NCBI GenBank assembly: GCA_964016885.1 | Contig: OZ024741.1 | Coordinates: 125,302,001 to 125,366,000 of the forward strand | Direction: 5' to 3' | Length of the DNA stretch: 64,000 nucleotides | Source: Eledone cirrhosa | Lineage: Eukaryota | Shown: in pieces, positions 28,446-41,541 of the stretch | How positions within the stretch are numbered: the first letter of the stretch is position 1 | Layout: the number at the start of each line of letters is the position of its first letter | The notes under the pieces: model-generated | The model's input: only the letters and a program-made list of their open reading frames with translations | The model's database searches: none | What the model was told of the DNA's origin: nothing | Program-made: the position numbers and the translations under genes

Positions 28446-29927
28446 TGTAATGTATGTTAGCAAAATGCACTGACATTGATTTAATTTCAAAGATTTTCTT
28501 TTTTTTTACTTATACAGTGTCATCTATATTGGGTAGCCAAATATGGAAATTTAAAAAAATACAGGTCTAACTCTTGAGAAACCTAGGAATTCTAGTCTAA
28601 ATTATTATTGTAATTCTACTTAGTTTTATAAACAGTAACCACAAGAACAACAATAAAAATATTCAGCCTATATATCTGTATTATGTGTTCCATATTCTAC
28701 TTCTATTTGGAACGATGACTATTATTATTTTCATTATAACTATTATTATTACTTTGTCATGCAGTTTAGATGGAAAATGCACTGGAGTATTTAGTGATCT
28801 GCCATTTCACAACAAGGACCTCAGAGAGATATTACTTTCCTTAAAATGTGCAAAGTGCCTACCAAGGCTGATTTTATTATCATTATTATTGTATTAAAAT
28901 GTCTCTCTAAAATAAATTTTTTGGGAGGTTTTTTTTCTTCCTTTTTTTTTTGTTGTAATTTTACTATTGCTTCCAATATAGCTATTACTATTATCATAAT
29001 CATCATTATCAGAGCAGTTGCCATGTTTTGTTTATCTGAATATAGTTACCATACATACTTATGTATAAGTTGTACTGATAGAAAGATAATTTTGTAGAAA
29101 TAGGTGTGTCTTATCTATGGTATATATGAAACACAAATTTTAATCATTTTGAATTTGTGTTTCCTATTCAACAATGCTTCAAGCAAAATACAACACTGTT
29201 ACATATATATATACATATACATATATATATTAATCAGTTGATCAATCTTGCCTCAAGTGGGATAACTCCCATCTAACCCATGCTAGCGTGGAAGATAGGC
29301 GTTAAACGATCATAATGATGATGATGATGATATATATATATATATTGTTGGTGCCAATCAATAGACTGCAGCTATACTGGAGTATCATCTTGATATAGAC
29401 AATCAGATCGACTCCAGTACTTTATTTTTTCAAGCCTCGTACTTGTGTTATCCGTATTTTTTCTCAACCTGCTAACTTAATTGATATAAACACAGATGTT
29501 TACATATGGACAGATATAGATATATATATAGTCTGGGCAAGAATTTTGAGGAAGACCAGCAGTCACCCACACATAGAAGTTTCTCCTCCTGACACCACCA
29601 ATCTTGTCCGAGGGAAAGGCAGAGGCCTATACAGCTTGGCAGCAGTTACATCGCAACTCATTTCTACAGCTGAGTAAACTGGAGCAAGATGAAATAAAGT
29701 GTCTTAATCAAGAACACAACTCACAGACAAGTCCAGGAATCGAACTCATAACCACTAAGCGATGCACTTTCATACATTATATATCATCATCATCATCTAA
29801 CGTCCATTTTTTCCACGCTGGCATGGGTAAGATAAGTTATCCTGTTGTGAGCAATGCCAGGTCAGGTGACCATGTGTTGCTCATACAGAACCCATTTTGG
29901 CTCGGTTTCTAAAGCTGGATGCCCTTC

Positions 29928-29967
<40 letters not shown>

Positions 29968-30105
29968 AAGGGCTTCTGCCATTTCTGGTATCAAATTCCA
30001 TTTACAAGGCATTGGTCAATCTGAAGATATAGCAGAACACTCAGAACCACATGGTTGGTAAGAGAACTCCTTCACCATACAGCCAAGCCTCTGCTTGTAT
30101 GTATC

Positions 30106-30164
<59 letters not shown>

Positions 30165-30912
30165 TATCTAGCACACAAGGTGCAACTTATACATGACTGT
30201 ATATGGCATACATTTGCAGATACTTTATATACTAGTGTATAGGTCACATGTTGGTTTTTTGCCATCATATTTTCATGTAATCAGGTGACATACTCGAGTA
30301 TATAGTGTCTGCGTGTGTTTTTGTATGTGTGTGTATTTATAAATAAATATATATATATTGTATATCCCCGTGTATAAGTCACATTTTTAGTTTACATTTA
30401 TTTACAAGTTACCATATATTTGGGGTTATATAAGACCAATAGATAAGTTGCATGATGGAATTTGATGATGTAATTCCGTGGGGGAAAGCTGTGACTTATA
30501 CATGAGCACATACAGTGTAAATTTTATATCAAACATTTGAACAAAACAACAAACGATATCAGAATCAAAAGACAAAAAAAAAAGACAAAAATTAAAACAA
30601 AAAAAATTCATATTTTGGAAGTTTATGTATTTCATGTCCAACATGTCATTAAAAAAAAACTGATTGTGTATTGCCTATTATTATTATTATTATTAATATT
30701 ACTGTTTATTTTTTTTTTATTGCTGATGTGGATAGTTCTTGGACTTTGATTTTTACACTGGTTAATATAAATAAAATGAAAATATTTCAGCAATGAGTTG
30801 CTTCCCCTTAACCATTTTGGAGATCAGAAATTGAGACAGTGAGTGATAAAGAAGGCAAGTGATTTTATGATTTGTGAGTGTTAATGTGTGTGTTTATGTG
30901 TGTGTGTTTATA

Positions 30913-30970
<58 letters not shown>

Positions 30971-31759
30971 AACACACATATATGTATGTATATAAAGTCA
31001 ATGTCATTAATGGTTCGATTCTTAGAATGTTCTTCTAAGATTGAACTCACAACCATTGATTAACGCAAGGTTCAATCAATAAAATTAATGGATGAAAAAA
31101 GAAATAAAACAAAAACGTGAATGTAACATTATTATACCCATGATAGCCAAGATACAGGAATGAAAACCTTGACTCAGGGAATGAACACTATTCTATATCC
31201 TAGTATACCAGGCCAAGTTTATATTGACTAAAAATAAACTATAAAAATGATATTGTGCTTACACCTCAGAGATGTGTAAGTTAAGTAGGCATAAAAGCCT
31301 ACAACTCATAGGAGATTTTTTTCTTTGGTGTTTTAATGATAGGGGACCCAGTCCTATCATGCCACAGGAGGTAGGATTTGAACTCATAATGCACAAAGCC
31401 AGATCAGATAACCACAAAGCAACCTATCAAACACTAATAATTCTGCCAATTTCCCTCCAGTAGATTGGTACTTTATTTATTGACCTCAAAAGGAACAAAA
31501 TGCAAAGTTGTCCTCAGTGAAATTTAAACTCAAAGTCCAGTACTAGAATAAATACTGAAATCCAAAGCTCTACGGAATCTGCTAATTCTAAGCCCTGTAT
31601 TATAAATAACAAAACTAATATTCAGAAAGGAAACCTGAACTTACTTCTAAATACTTAATGCTATCCCGGTTACAATGAACATTGCAGACACACATACTCA
31701 TAAGGTAATTTTCAGCATGATACAGATTAAGCTGGCTGCCTGGATCACAAGTACAGTTC

Positions 31760-32105
31760 ATCCACCAACTTTGGGGGACTACATTTCATATCTGACCTGG
31801 GCCTATTACCAACTTATGTGGGACATACATTTTACATCTGATCTGGGCATGTTACCAACTTTGATGGGGACCTACGTTTTTACATCAGACCTGAGCCTGT
31901 TACCAGCTATGATGTGGGCTTACATTTCACATCAGGCCTGAAGTTATTACCTGCTTAAGGATGGGGGTACATTTCACATTTGACCAGTGTCTACAACCAG
32001 CTTTGGTGGGAGGCTACATTTCACACCTGACCTTGGCTTGTTACCAGCTTTGATGTAGACATTTATTTCACATCTAGCCTGGACCTGTTACCAGCTTTGT
32101 ATGGG
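31760..32105. repeat. Degenerate ~45-bp tandem repeat, about 7 copies
   Basis: Recurrent TACATTTCACATCTGACCTGGGCCTGTTACCAGCTTTGATGGGGG. Confidence 0.8.
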
Positions 32106-33341
32106 CCTGTACATATAATTTAAGTCCGTCTTGCAGTTATTATTTTAGCAAAACAGAAAAAAAAAACAGTTGGTCTATTGAACAAAAAAATAAAACAAAT
32201 TTGAGATTCTATTTTTCTTTCAAGTCCACATTTCTTCCACCCAATTAAATCAATTATCTTTTTATTTTTTTATTTTGATTGTTTTGAGGGATAGGTTTAT
32301 GGTTTTACTTTTTGTTATTTTTTAAAACTGATTTTTATGTTAATCCTAAGAAAAGATGAATACTATTGATCCAATGAAAGGAGAGAGGGAGAAGCCTGCT
32401 GTTAAGTAAATATCAGAGAAATGTGTGGTGGTGCAGTGTGATAAAGTTATGTTCAGTGTCAAAGGTCAAGCTAGAGATAGGCATCAGTGTGAGGCATTGT
32501 TGAGGTCAATATCACAGATAATTCGGTTGGCTTTAAAAAAACAATTAGGATTCCATATATGGATAGAAAGGCCACTAGTTTTGATAAATATATTAAAACA
32601 TGTAAGCTGCAAGGGATATAACGATGCCTAGATTAACTCTTAACTTCCTGTAAGGATGTAGCAGAAAAATATCTAAAATCAGGTTTATCAATTCAAATGT
32701 TTAGAGTTATTTTTACTAGAGGAAAAAAAATCATTGTGAAAATTTGCATTATTAGAGTAAATTTTTAATATGATGGAGTCATAGTGCTGTTTCATGCATT
32801 TCAAGAATGGTTTGCAAATGTGGTTTCATGTGGTTTGTCGATTCAAATGTTTATAGTATCTTCATTAGTGGACGTAAACTAAAGTAAAGATTTTGATATT
32901 TAATGTGATGCAGTCATAGTGCTAGTTTGTACTTTTCAAAGATGTCTTCTAAATGTGGGATCATGTGGTTCATTAATTCAAGAAGAGAAAAAGAGAATCA
33001 AACAAAATTATTAATAAATAAACAAATATATATATAAAATAAATGAATAATAAACGTGAAATAGATGTTATAAAAGGAGAGGTATTAGTAAAATATGAAT
33101 ATTAAGCAGAAAGTAGATATTTGTCTGGGGGTTATTGTGGAAGAAGGAGATAGATTTTGGGAGTTAGGTTTTTTGCAATAAATAAGTAGAAATTTACAAA
33201 GAATCTCATTCGATTTTGGTCATCATTATCATAATTTTACATTTGCTTTTCATGCTGGTATGAGTTGGACGAGTTATGGCCAATGGCAGTCCTTATTCAA
33301 GTTTACTGCCCTTCTGGGAAACCACATCTCGTTTGTATGTT

Positions 33342-33378
<37 letters not shown>

Positions 33379-33619
33379 ATGGTTTCTACAGCTAAATGCC
33401 CCTTTCCTAACCTATATCATTTTACAGAGTGTAATGGGTGTATTTTATCAAGGTTATTATATCCATGAGAAGACTAAAAAGTCTGTTTACTTTTCCATGT
33501 TACTTCCATTCATTTAAGATAATGTATCTCAGATGTCCAAAAGAAAAGAGAGTGATAATTAAACCTTTCTCAATCACATAGGCCCTAAGATCGAATGTTG
33601 TTCCACAGTCAGTTGCTGT

Positions 33620-34245
33620 AATAATGGTTTTTGATTTAGGCACAAAGACAGCAAATTTTTTTTTGGGGGGGGGGGGATTAAATCGACCCCATTGCATTAC
33701 TGGTGCTTTATTTCATCGACCCTATAAGGATGAAAGGCAAAGCTGACCTTGGCAGGATTTTAACTCAGAACGTTAAGGGCCATAACTATATGCTGCAAAG
33801 CTTGTTCGATGTTCAACCAATACCGCCAATCCCCCGCCAATTTTTCTGTAATAATGGTTTCTAATTCAGGCACAAGTAATTTAGTGGTATTATATTTTAT
33901 CAACCTTGGAAGGATGAAAGGCAAAGTTGACATTGGAAGGATTCGAAATCAGAATGTAAAGAGCAGAAACAATTACCACACAGTATCTTGTCTGGCTCCC
34001 TAACAATTCTACCAAACTACTATTATCAGTTTCTGTAATAATGGTTTCTGATTTAGGCACAAGGCCAACAATTTTGGAGGGGAGGAGAGAGTCGATTAAA
34101 TTGACTCCAGTACATTTCTGGTACTTTATTTTATTGACCCCGTAAGGATAAAAGGCAAAGCAGAATTTGAACTCAGAATGTAAATGGTTGTAACTGTATG
34201 CCACAAAGCATGTCAGACGGCCTACCAATGAAGGCCAATCTGTAA
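33620..34245 (-). mobile_element. Three tandem tRNA-SINE copies
   Basis: Same SINE motifs as 17921-18110 in reverse orientation, each preceded by CTGTAATAATGGTTT. Confidence 0.8.
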
Positions 34246-36117
34246 TAATGATGGGAGATAAATCTTCACTTTGATGTTTATTGAAAATCAATATTCCCTC
34301 CCAAAGATAGGCTGGGTAAATATTCATCTTGCTAAATAAAAAGTAAAGCACAAGAAAAAATTGTCTTCTCTAGAAATGCAATGAAATGCCAGCAGTGGAA
34401 TAAAACCTACCAAGGCATGAACTGGACATTCATTTCTTTTAAACTCCACTTGGTCAACTTCAGCCTCAATAAAGAGAGTTAGTATTTTTGAAAATAACTC
34501 ATTTCACAAGCTGATCACATTAGATAAGAACAAGGCCAGGAATTTGTGGGGAAAGGAGGAGAAGTCAATTATATCAGATCTCAGTACATGACTGGTACTG
34601 TATTTTATCTATCATAGACACAAGGCCAGAAATCTGTTAGAGCAGGGGGAAAGTCGATTATATCGATGATCAGTATTAGAGACATGGGTAGAAATGTCTA
34701 CATAAAATATTTCTAAGTAGAGGAAGACAAAAGAAGGGAAACAAAATGAAAACAAATGTTGCCCAGACAAAATAATTTAGAGTATATACTCGTCTATAAG
34801 TCACACTTGTAAATAAGTAGTCGCACTTCTATTTTACATACAACAACATTTACAATGAAAAATCTACCATACATATTAAATTGAGGATTTGTTGGTTAAG
34901 TAGATATGTTGCATGTTGGATTTTCAATTCATAATTTCATGAAAAAATATGAATATATGTACATATGTACATATATAAAAAGGATTTTCTGCCCAATGGC
35001 TACACAATGTTTCAAAAGCAAATGAGAAATAATTTCTTGAAATGGTAAAGGGTTAACCATAGAGCAGAAAATCCTTATAATAATATCTACACTCTACTTT
35101 TCTTAAGTATTGAGTACTAAGTTGAATAATGGACTTACTGGTCTTAACTAATAACATCTCATCCATATATTGTATATCATTAAGGCATAGCCTCACATCT
35201 CTCCATCTCACTTAACTTTTAAAAAACATCCAACTGTAAAGTTATTGTTAATATAAATATTCTTAAAGACTGCAATTGCATTTTCAACTTGTTTTTTCCC
35301 ATATATATCATCATCATCATCATTATCATTATCATTATCATTATTTTACGTCCGCTTTTCCCTGCTTATATATATATAAGCTGTATGTATATATAAGCTG
35401 TATGTATTTTATATATATAAGCTGTATATATATATATATATATATAAGCTGTATGTATTTTACATACAATTTTTACAACATAGTGTATATTTTGAACTCA
35501 GATTTTGTAGGTCCAGTTATTAAGTTATATGCTGGTTTGCCTCTGTTATATTTACATAAAATTATAGTGTGACTTATACAGGAGTAAATAACTCAAAAAT
35601 TGAAAAAAATGCTATAGTGCCAACAGATAGTGTACTAAATTTCAGTGTTAGAGAGTGAGGATGGGTAACAAAACTGCAGCTTCTTCATATGTATATTTAC
35701 TATATTTCACAACATATAAATGTTTCTACGTTAGGCACAAGGCCAGCAATTACCCAGTGCATTACTGGTACTTTTATTTTATCGACCCCGTAAGGATGAA
35801 AGGCAAAGTTAACCTTGGCGGGATTTGAACTCAGAATGGCAAGGGCCGTAACTCTATACGTCAAAGCATATAATGGGCACATTTTTGTTATAAAAAATTG
35901 GTCTTGTAAACTTCCCTGAGCACTACACATGTGTATAAGATAATCTTTAAATTTTCTTATTGTATATCCCTAGATTTTCAAATGAAACATTTATTTACAT
36001 TTAAAAGCCACACATTTGCAATGCATTTTTAGCCATTCTGCCAGTGTAATAATCGCAGGGAGCAAGTGGGCAAGTCTATTTTAGATGCTCAGAGAGACTA
36101 AAAAAAATGTAATACAT

Positions 36118-36498
36118 CTAACTCTGAACTCTCAACATTCTGTAAGGATTTTAGCAGAAATTATCTAAAAACAAGTTTGTTACTTCAAATGTTTATGGTA
36201 TTTTTACTAATGGACATGCCACAAAAATTTGCAGTAAACTAAACTAAATACTTTAATTTTCAATGTGATTCAGTCATAGTCATTTTGTACTTTTCAAGAA
36301 TGTCTTGCTAATGTGGTTTCATGTGGTTTATTAAGTCAAATGTTTATAGTATCGTTACTAGTGGAAAGATTATTGTGAAAATTTGCAGCATTATATTAAA
36401 AGCTTTAATTTTCAATGAGATGCAGTCATAGTTGTTTTGTACTTTTAAAGATTGTCTTGCTGATATGGTTTCATGTGGTACAGGACGTTAAGAGTTAA
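36118..36498. mobile_element. TTAA-flanked MITE with internal tandem unit (partial second copy at 32633-32980)
   Basis: Right end TACAGGACGTTAAGAG-TTAA is complementary to the left end TTAA-CTCTTAACTTCCTGTA seen at 32633; internal sequence is shared. Confidence 0.6.
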
Positions 36499-37566
36499 TA
36501 TCTTTTCAATTGTATTAACTGAAAAAAATTCCTCTTCAAATTAAGGGTGCACATTATACTCCATGAAATACAGTGTGTGTGAGAATGTATGTATGTGTGT
36601 GTGTATGTGTGTGTGTCTAGGTTGTCAGTTAAATTTGTTCTCAGGTATGTGAGGGTGACAATAATACCTAATTGGGGGGGAGGGGGGGTATGTGTCCAGG
36701 TAAAGAGATAAATTTGGTTTCAGGTATGTGATGATGACAATAATACCTAATTGGGTTGTGAGTGAATGTGTGTGTGTGTGTGTTTCCAGGTAAATAGGTA
36801 AATTTGGTCTCAGGTAAATGAGGGTGATAACACCTAATTGGGTACATAAATTATGGAAGTGTACCTCTGAACTTAAGGATTGTTTCTTTAAAAACATTTT
36901 TTTTTTTTTTTTTGCAAGGGGAATGGGTGTTTTGTTCCGTTTATATATATATATATATATTTTTTTTTTTTTAGTTATTAAAGTAACATCTTCTGTAGTT
37001 GATGATAATAATAATAATATTAATAATAACAATCTGTTTATCCAAGTGGATATGTTTTTTTTTGTTTTTCTTTTTGTTTTTGTTTTTAATAAACTGTTTT
37101 TAACAAGAATTGAAGGTTTTATATATATAAAAAAATTTTTTTCGTTTTTTTTTTCCAAATGTTTCATACAACCATGTTTGGTGCTAGCATGAATGTGGGG
37201 GTGGTGGGTGGGAGGGTCGAATGAATAACCATCACATCATCACATGACTGAAGGTCAGGGGGAGGGAATACACACACACATATATATATATATAATGTAT
37301 ATATATATAATGTATATATACATATATATATTATGTATATATACATATATATATATTATGTATATATACATATATGTATATATTATGTATATATACATAT
37401 ATATATATATTATGTATATATACATATATATTATGTGTATATACATATATATGTGTATGGGTGTATGTCTATATATGTGTGTGTATATATATATATAAAT
37501 ACATATGTGTATGCATATATATATATATATACTTACACATATATTCACACACATATATATGTGTGA

Positions 37567-37633
<67 letters not shown>

Positions 37634-37773
37634 TAAAAAGCTGGTCTACGTTGAGCTGCAGCAGTTGATGTAAACAGCAAACGTGGACAGAAGAATGATA
37701 TATTTTTCCTTTTTTTTTTTTTTTTTTTGGAAGAAGAAATAAAACAAAAAAACAACAAAAGAACTGCAAACAT

Positions 37774-37909
37774 CTAGGAGTAAAATGTTAAGACACTCTT
37801 CTGGTTTCCTCTCAACAATAGTATAGGTGGCATGTCTCTCGTGAGAGTATCAATCCAGGCCATATATAGACCTGATGAACATGTACCTTTTCGAGGCATT
37901 GGTAAAGTC
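37774..37909 (-). CDS. SLC12A2: NKCC-type cation-chloride cotransporter, terminal coding exon
   Basis: Acceptor TCTCTCTTCAG; encodes (M)[47 protein letters not shown], the canonical SLC12 C-terminus. The symbol marks the closest subfamily (SLC12A1/2/3 clade); orthology is untested. Confidence 0.95.
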
Positions 37910-37959
37910 CTGAAGAGAGAAAGAAAGGAAGAAATAAAGAAAGGAAATGGTATTTTAAT

Positions 37960-38148
37960 AATTGTTTCTACTTTTGGCACAAGGCCAGCAATTATCCCAG
38001 TGTATTACTGGTACTTTATTTTATCAACCCCGTAAGGATGAAAGGCAAAGTTAACCTCTGCGGGATTTGAACTCAGTCCATAAAGGGACGTAACTGTGCT
38101 GCAAAGCATGTGTCAGACCCTCTACCGATACTGCCAATCCAACGCCCT
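37960..38148 (-). mobile_element. Full-length tRNA-SINE with TSD, about 50 bp from the last acceptor
   Basis: TSD ATGGTATTTTAATAAT at ~37947 and ~38149. Confidence 0.85.
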
Positions 38149-38184
38149 ATGGTATTTTAATAATGATGAAAATTATTGTGTACA

Positions 38185-38530
38185 GAAAATGATTGTGTAC
38201 AGTGCTCAGATGCACTACAACTCATCAAAGGTGCATGAATAGTACATAGCATAATGTACAAATGTTAGGAAAGTGAACAGTATGTAAGTCATGATATACA
38301 CACATGCATGCATATGGAGGGGGAATATCAGGAGTAATGTTGGTGAATTTGGGGAAGCATGAAAGTTTTAAAGGATGCAGTGTCCCAACAGCTAACAAAT
38401 GATGTAGGTAGTTTGTTCCATGTTTCAGCAACTCTGAGCATGAAAAAATGTTTCCGAAAGCCTGTTTTCTGACTTTGTAAGCATGTCCACGGGTGTTAGA
38501 CATGTGAAATTCAAAAAGGTGCTCTGGGTT
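38185..38530 (-). mobile_element. CR1/L2-type LINE 3' remnant
   Basis: Translation SNTRGHAYKVRKQ matches the TRGH motif typical of the CR1/L2 ORF2 end. Confidence 0.7.
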
Positions 38531-38986
38531 AATCAGGGATCAGAGTTATCAAACATGCAGACTGTAAACTACTTTTCTCTGGCCCACGGCAGAATAATTT
38601 TCATGATTGATATTTTCCTGAAACTTGGAAATATATCCCTCTCCCCTTCCATACTCTTGCAGAAGCACCAACAGAAATAATATTAAACTTTGAACTTAGT
38701 TTTTGTATTTCCTGCTTTAATATTTATAGTACAATTTATTACAATTCACTCATGAAATACAATAAAATGAATAAAAAAGGGGGAATTTATGAAAAGTAAT
38801 AACTAAAGAAAAAGGGAATTTATCAAAGTACAAACGAAATGAAGAAAAAATTTGAAATGGAAAATATGCCACCCCTAAATTTTGTACCAATTCACATATT
38901 CTACTTACTATCATATCCATATTTATTTTGATGACAAAACAAATATATATATAACAGAGAAACAATGAGAAATATGTGTTACTTAC

Positions 38987-39054
38987 ATAACAATTAAGCT
39001 GGCCTCAGATGAGTGTTGCAACAATAACTCCCTTAAACGTATATGTCGGTTTGT
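38987..39054 (-). CDS. SLC12A2: NKCC-like exon (68 nt)
   Basis: TTTCTTTTCAG / GTAAGT; encodes TNRHIRLRELLLQHSSEASLIV(M). Phase 0 to 2 fits both neighbours. Not in the ORF track. Confidence 0.95.
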
Positions 39055-39094
39055 CTGAAAAGAAACCAGGGACAAATTATTAATGGTGATAATA

Positions 39095-39505
39095 ATAATG
39101 GTTTTTAATTTAGACACAAGGCCAACAATTTGGGGGTTGGGGAAAGTTGCTTAAATCAACCCCAGTGCATTACTGATACTTTATTTTATTGACCCTGTAA
39201 GTATGAAAAGCAAAGCTAACTTCCGTGAGATTTGAACTCAGAATGTTGCCCGACGCTTTACTGATTCTGCCAATCAATCGCCCTTAATAATAGTTTCCAA
39301 TTTAGGCACAAAGCCAATCATTTTGGGAAAGGAGAAAGTCGTTCAAATTAACCCCAGTATGTTACTGAGACTTTATTTTATCAACCCCATAAGGATGCAA
39401 GGCAAAGTTAACCTCGGTGGGATTTGAATTCAGAACATAAAGGGCTGTAACTCTATGCTGCAAAGTATGTTGTCTGAGGCACTACAGAAACTGCCAATCT
39501 AACAA
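39095..39505 (-). mobile_element. Two tandem tRNA-SINE copies
   Basis: SINE core motifs in reverse orientation. Confidence 0.75.
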
Positions 39506-40716
39506 CAATAATGATGCTAATAATAATTATAATACATCATCTGTGATTTTATGGAGATATAATTTGGTTGCAAATGGGAAAATGTGGTTGCAAATGGGAA
39601 AATGTGCTTACATTAAGAAAAATGTATATCTATAGATAAGCTTTTTACTTAAAAAAAAAAAAAAGGGAATCAGTTGGGAAAAGTCACATGCAACTTATTT
39701 ACTGAACCTCCCTCATCCATGTAGTCACCATAACAAGCTGGGTTGAGCTGTAACCACAACAAACCCTTTAGCAACTATTTTCTTATATTCCTCAGTCGGG
39801 ATTTGTTCATTGCCGTCAGTATTGGTCTGGTCTGGTCTCTCTGACATCTTCTCATATTCATTACTGAGGATTGGAAACCATGGACAATTGCACCAATGCT
39901 CATCTATACAATGATGTATGTCCATGATTTTCATCTGTAAAAAAGAGCTGTCGGTGGGTTGCGAATTTTCTTCCAGCCATTACTAAGCAGCTGGCTACCA
40001 AGCCATAGCTCATCTGCCTTCATCACAAGGATGAAGCGGTTGGCCACTTTAAAGGTCATCAATAAAGTGACTAAGGAGTCTTTTCTAACAGTTTTGAAAT
40101 CAACAGACTGTCAAAAGCAAAGCTAATGAACTCTATCGACCCTCGCTTTCACACTTTGCTTTTTTCTTTTTTTTTTTGCATTGATCTTTCTCGCAAAACT
40201 TCTGCCATATTCATAATTCATGAGTTAATACTCTGCTGTCCTTCCCAAATTCAATGCCAACCGGGTAGAATATATTGGCTATAATGATAAATTAGGTGGG
40301 TCCAGGTTCAATCCCAGGAGATACATTGGGTAAAATGTCTTTCCTCATAATCTTACACATTTTTTAAGTCTTCTTCTTTTTTAATTCCTTTTACTCCTTA
40401 TGAGTCATTGGGCTCTTAGGCAAGACTCATGTCTGCCAGGTCTCCCTCCACAAACTTTGACCAGGTCTTAACAGGTCTACCTTGCTTCCTACGCACCGCT
40501 ATTTCTAACACCAATTCAAACAAGGTCTCTCACAGGCATTTTCATGGACATCTGTAGTACATGACCAGGCCTCTTCCTGTGTCATGAGGTTGATATCCTG
40601 TAGAATACTCAACCAGGCCCTCTCCATGACCTCCTCACATCAAGAAATCTAAATATGGCCCTAAGGCAGTGTCTATGAAAGTCATGCATTAGAACAAGAG
40701 AACAGAGCTAACCTAC

Positions 40717-40834
40717 CTTATCTTTTAGAAGCTTCAATTGGTCACGAGTTGTCTTCCATGGATACTTCTCTTTCGTCTCACCTTTCTCTTCATCCAAGAT
40801 GAAACCTTCAAGAAGTTTCTCAAACTCTTGTCTC
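40717..40834 (-). CDS. SLC12A2: NKCC-like exon (118 nt)
   Basis: CGTTTTTCAG / GTAGGT; encodes RQEFEKLLEGFILDEEKGETKEKYPWKTTRDQLKLLKDK; phase 2 to 0. Confidence 0.92.
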
Positions 40835-40949
40835 CTGAAAAACGGGAAAATAAAAATATTATTTAGTATTTCTCTATTTTTCACAGTATCACACAAAATT
40901 TTATGTGAAAATCTACCTGAGCCCTATACACAAAGGGTATAAATATAAT

Positions 40950-41541
40950 AATTGTTTCTACTTTTGGCACAAGGCCACCAATTACCCAGTATATTACTGG
41001 TACTTTATTTTATCGACCCCATAAGGATGAAAGGCAAAGTTAACCTCGGCGGGATTTGAACTCAGATCATAAAGGGACGTAACTATACTGGAAAGCATGG
41101 CGTCCGACTCTCTACCGATACTGCCAATCCACCGCCCTTTATAAATATAATAATAATAATTGTTTAGCACATGGCCAGCAATTTGAAGGGAAAAGGACAT
41201 CAATTAAATCAACCCCAGTGTGTTGCTGGTACCTAATTTTATCAACCCCCAAAAGATAAAAAGCAAAGCTAACCTCAACGGAATTTGAATTCAGAATATA
41301 AAGGACCTTAAAAAATGCTGAAAAAGCATATTGTTTGATACTCTACCGATACTGCCAATCCACCACCTTAAATATATAATAACATAATCATAATTGTTTC
41401 TACTTTTGCCACAAGGCCAGCAATTATCCCAGTGTATTACTGGTACTTTATTTTATCGACCCCCATAAGGATGAAAGACAAAGTTAACCTCAGCGTGATT
41501 TGAACTCAGATCATAAAGGGTTGTAACTCTTTGCTGTAAAG
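40950..41541 (-). mobile_element. Three tandem tRNA-SINE copies; the third is split and continues at 43257-43298
   Basis: 40950-41138 is nearly identical to the reverse complement of 17921-18110. Confidence 0.85.

Noticed and set aside
25300-37773. Defined 3' UTR end or poly(A) site of the transporter
   Set aside because: There are many AATAAA-like motifs in AT-rich DNA, and none can be chosen without transcript data.
39725-39934. Possible extra transporter exon or hAT transposase remnant
   Set aside because: The flanking exons already join in frame without it, it has no SLC12 similarity, and any transposase resemblance is too weak to call.
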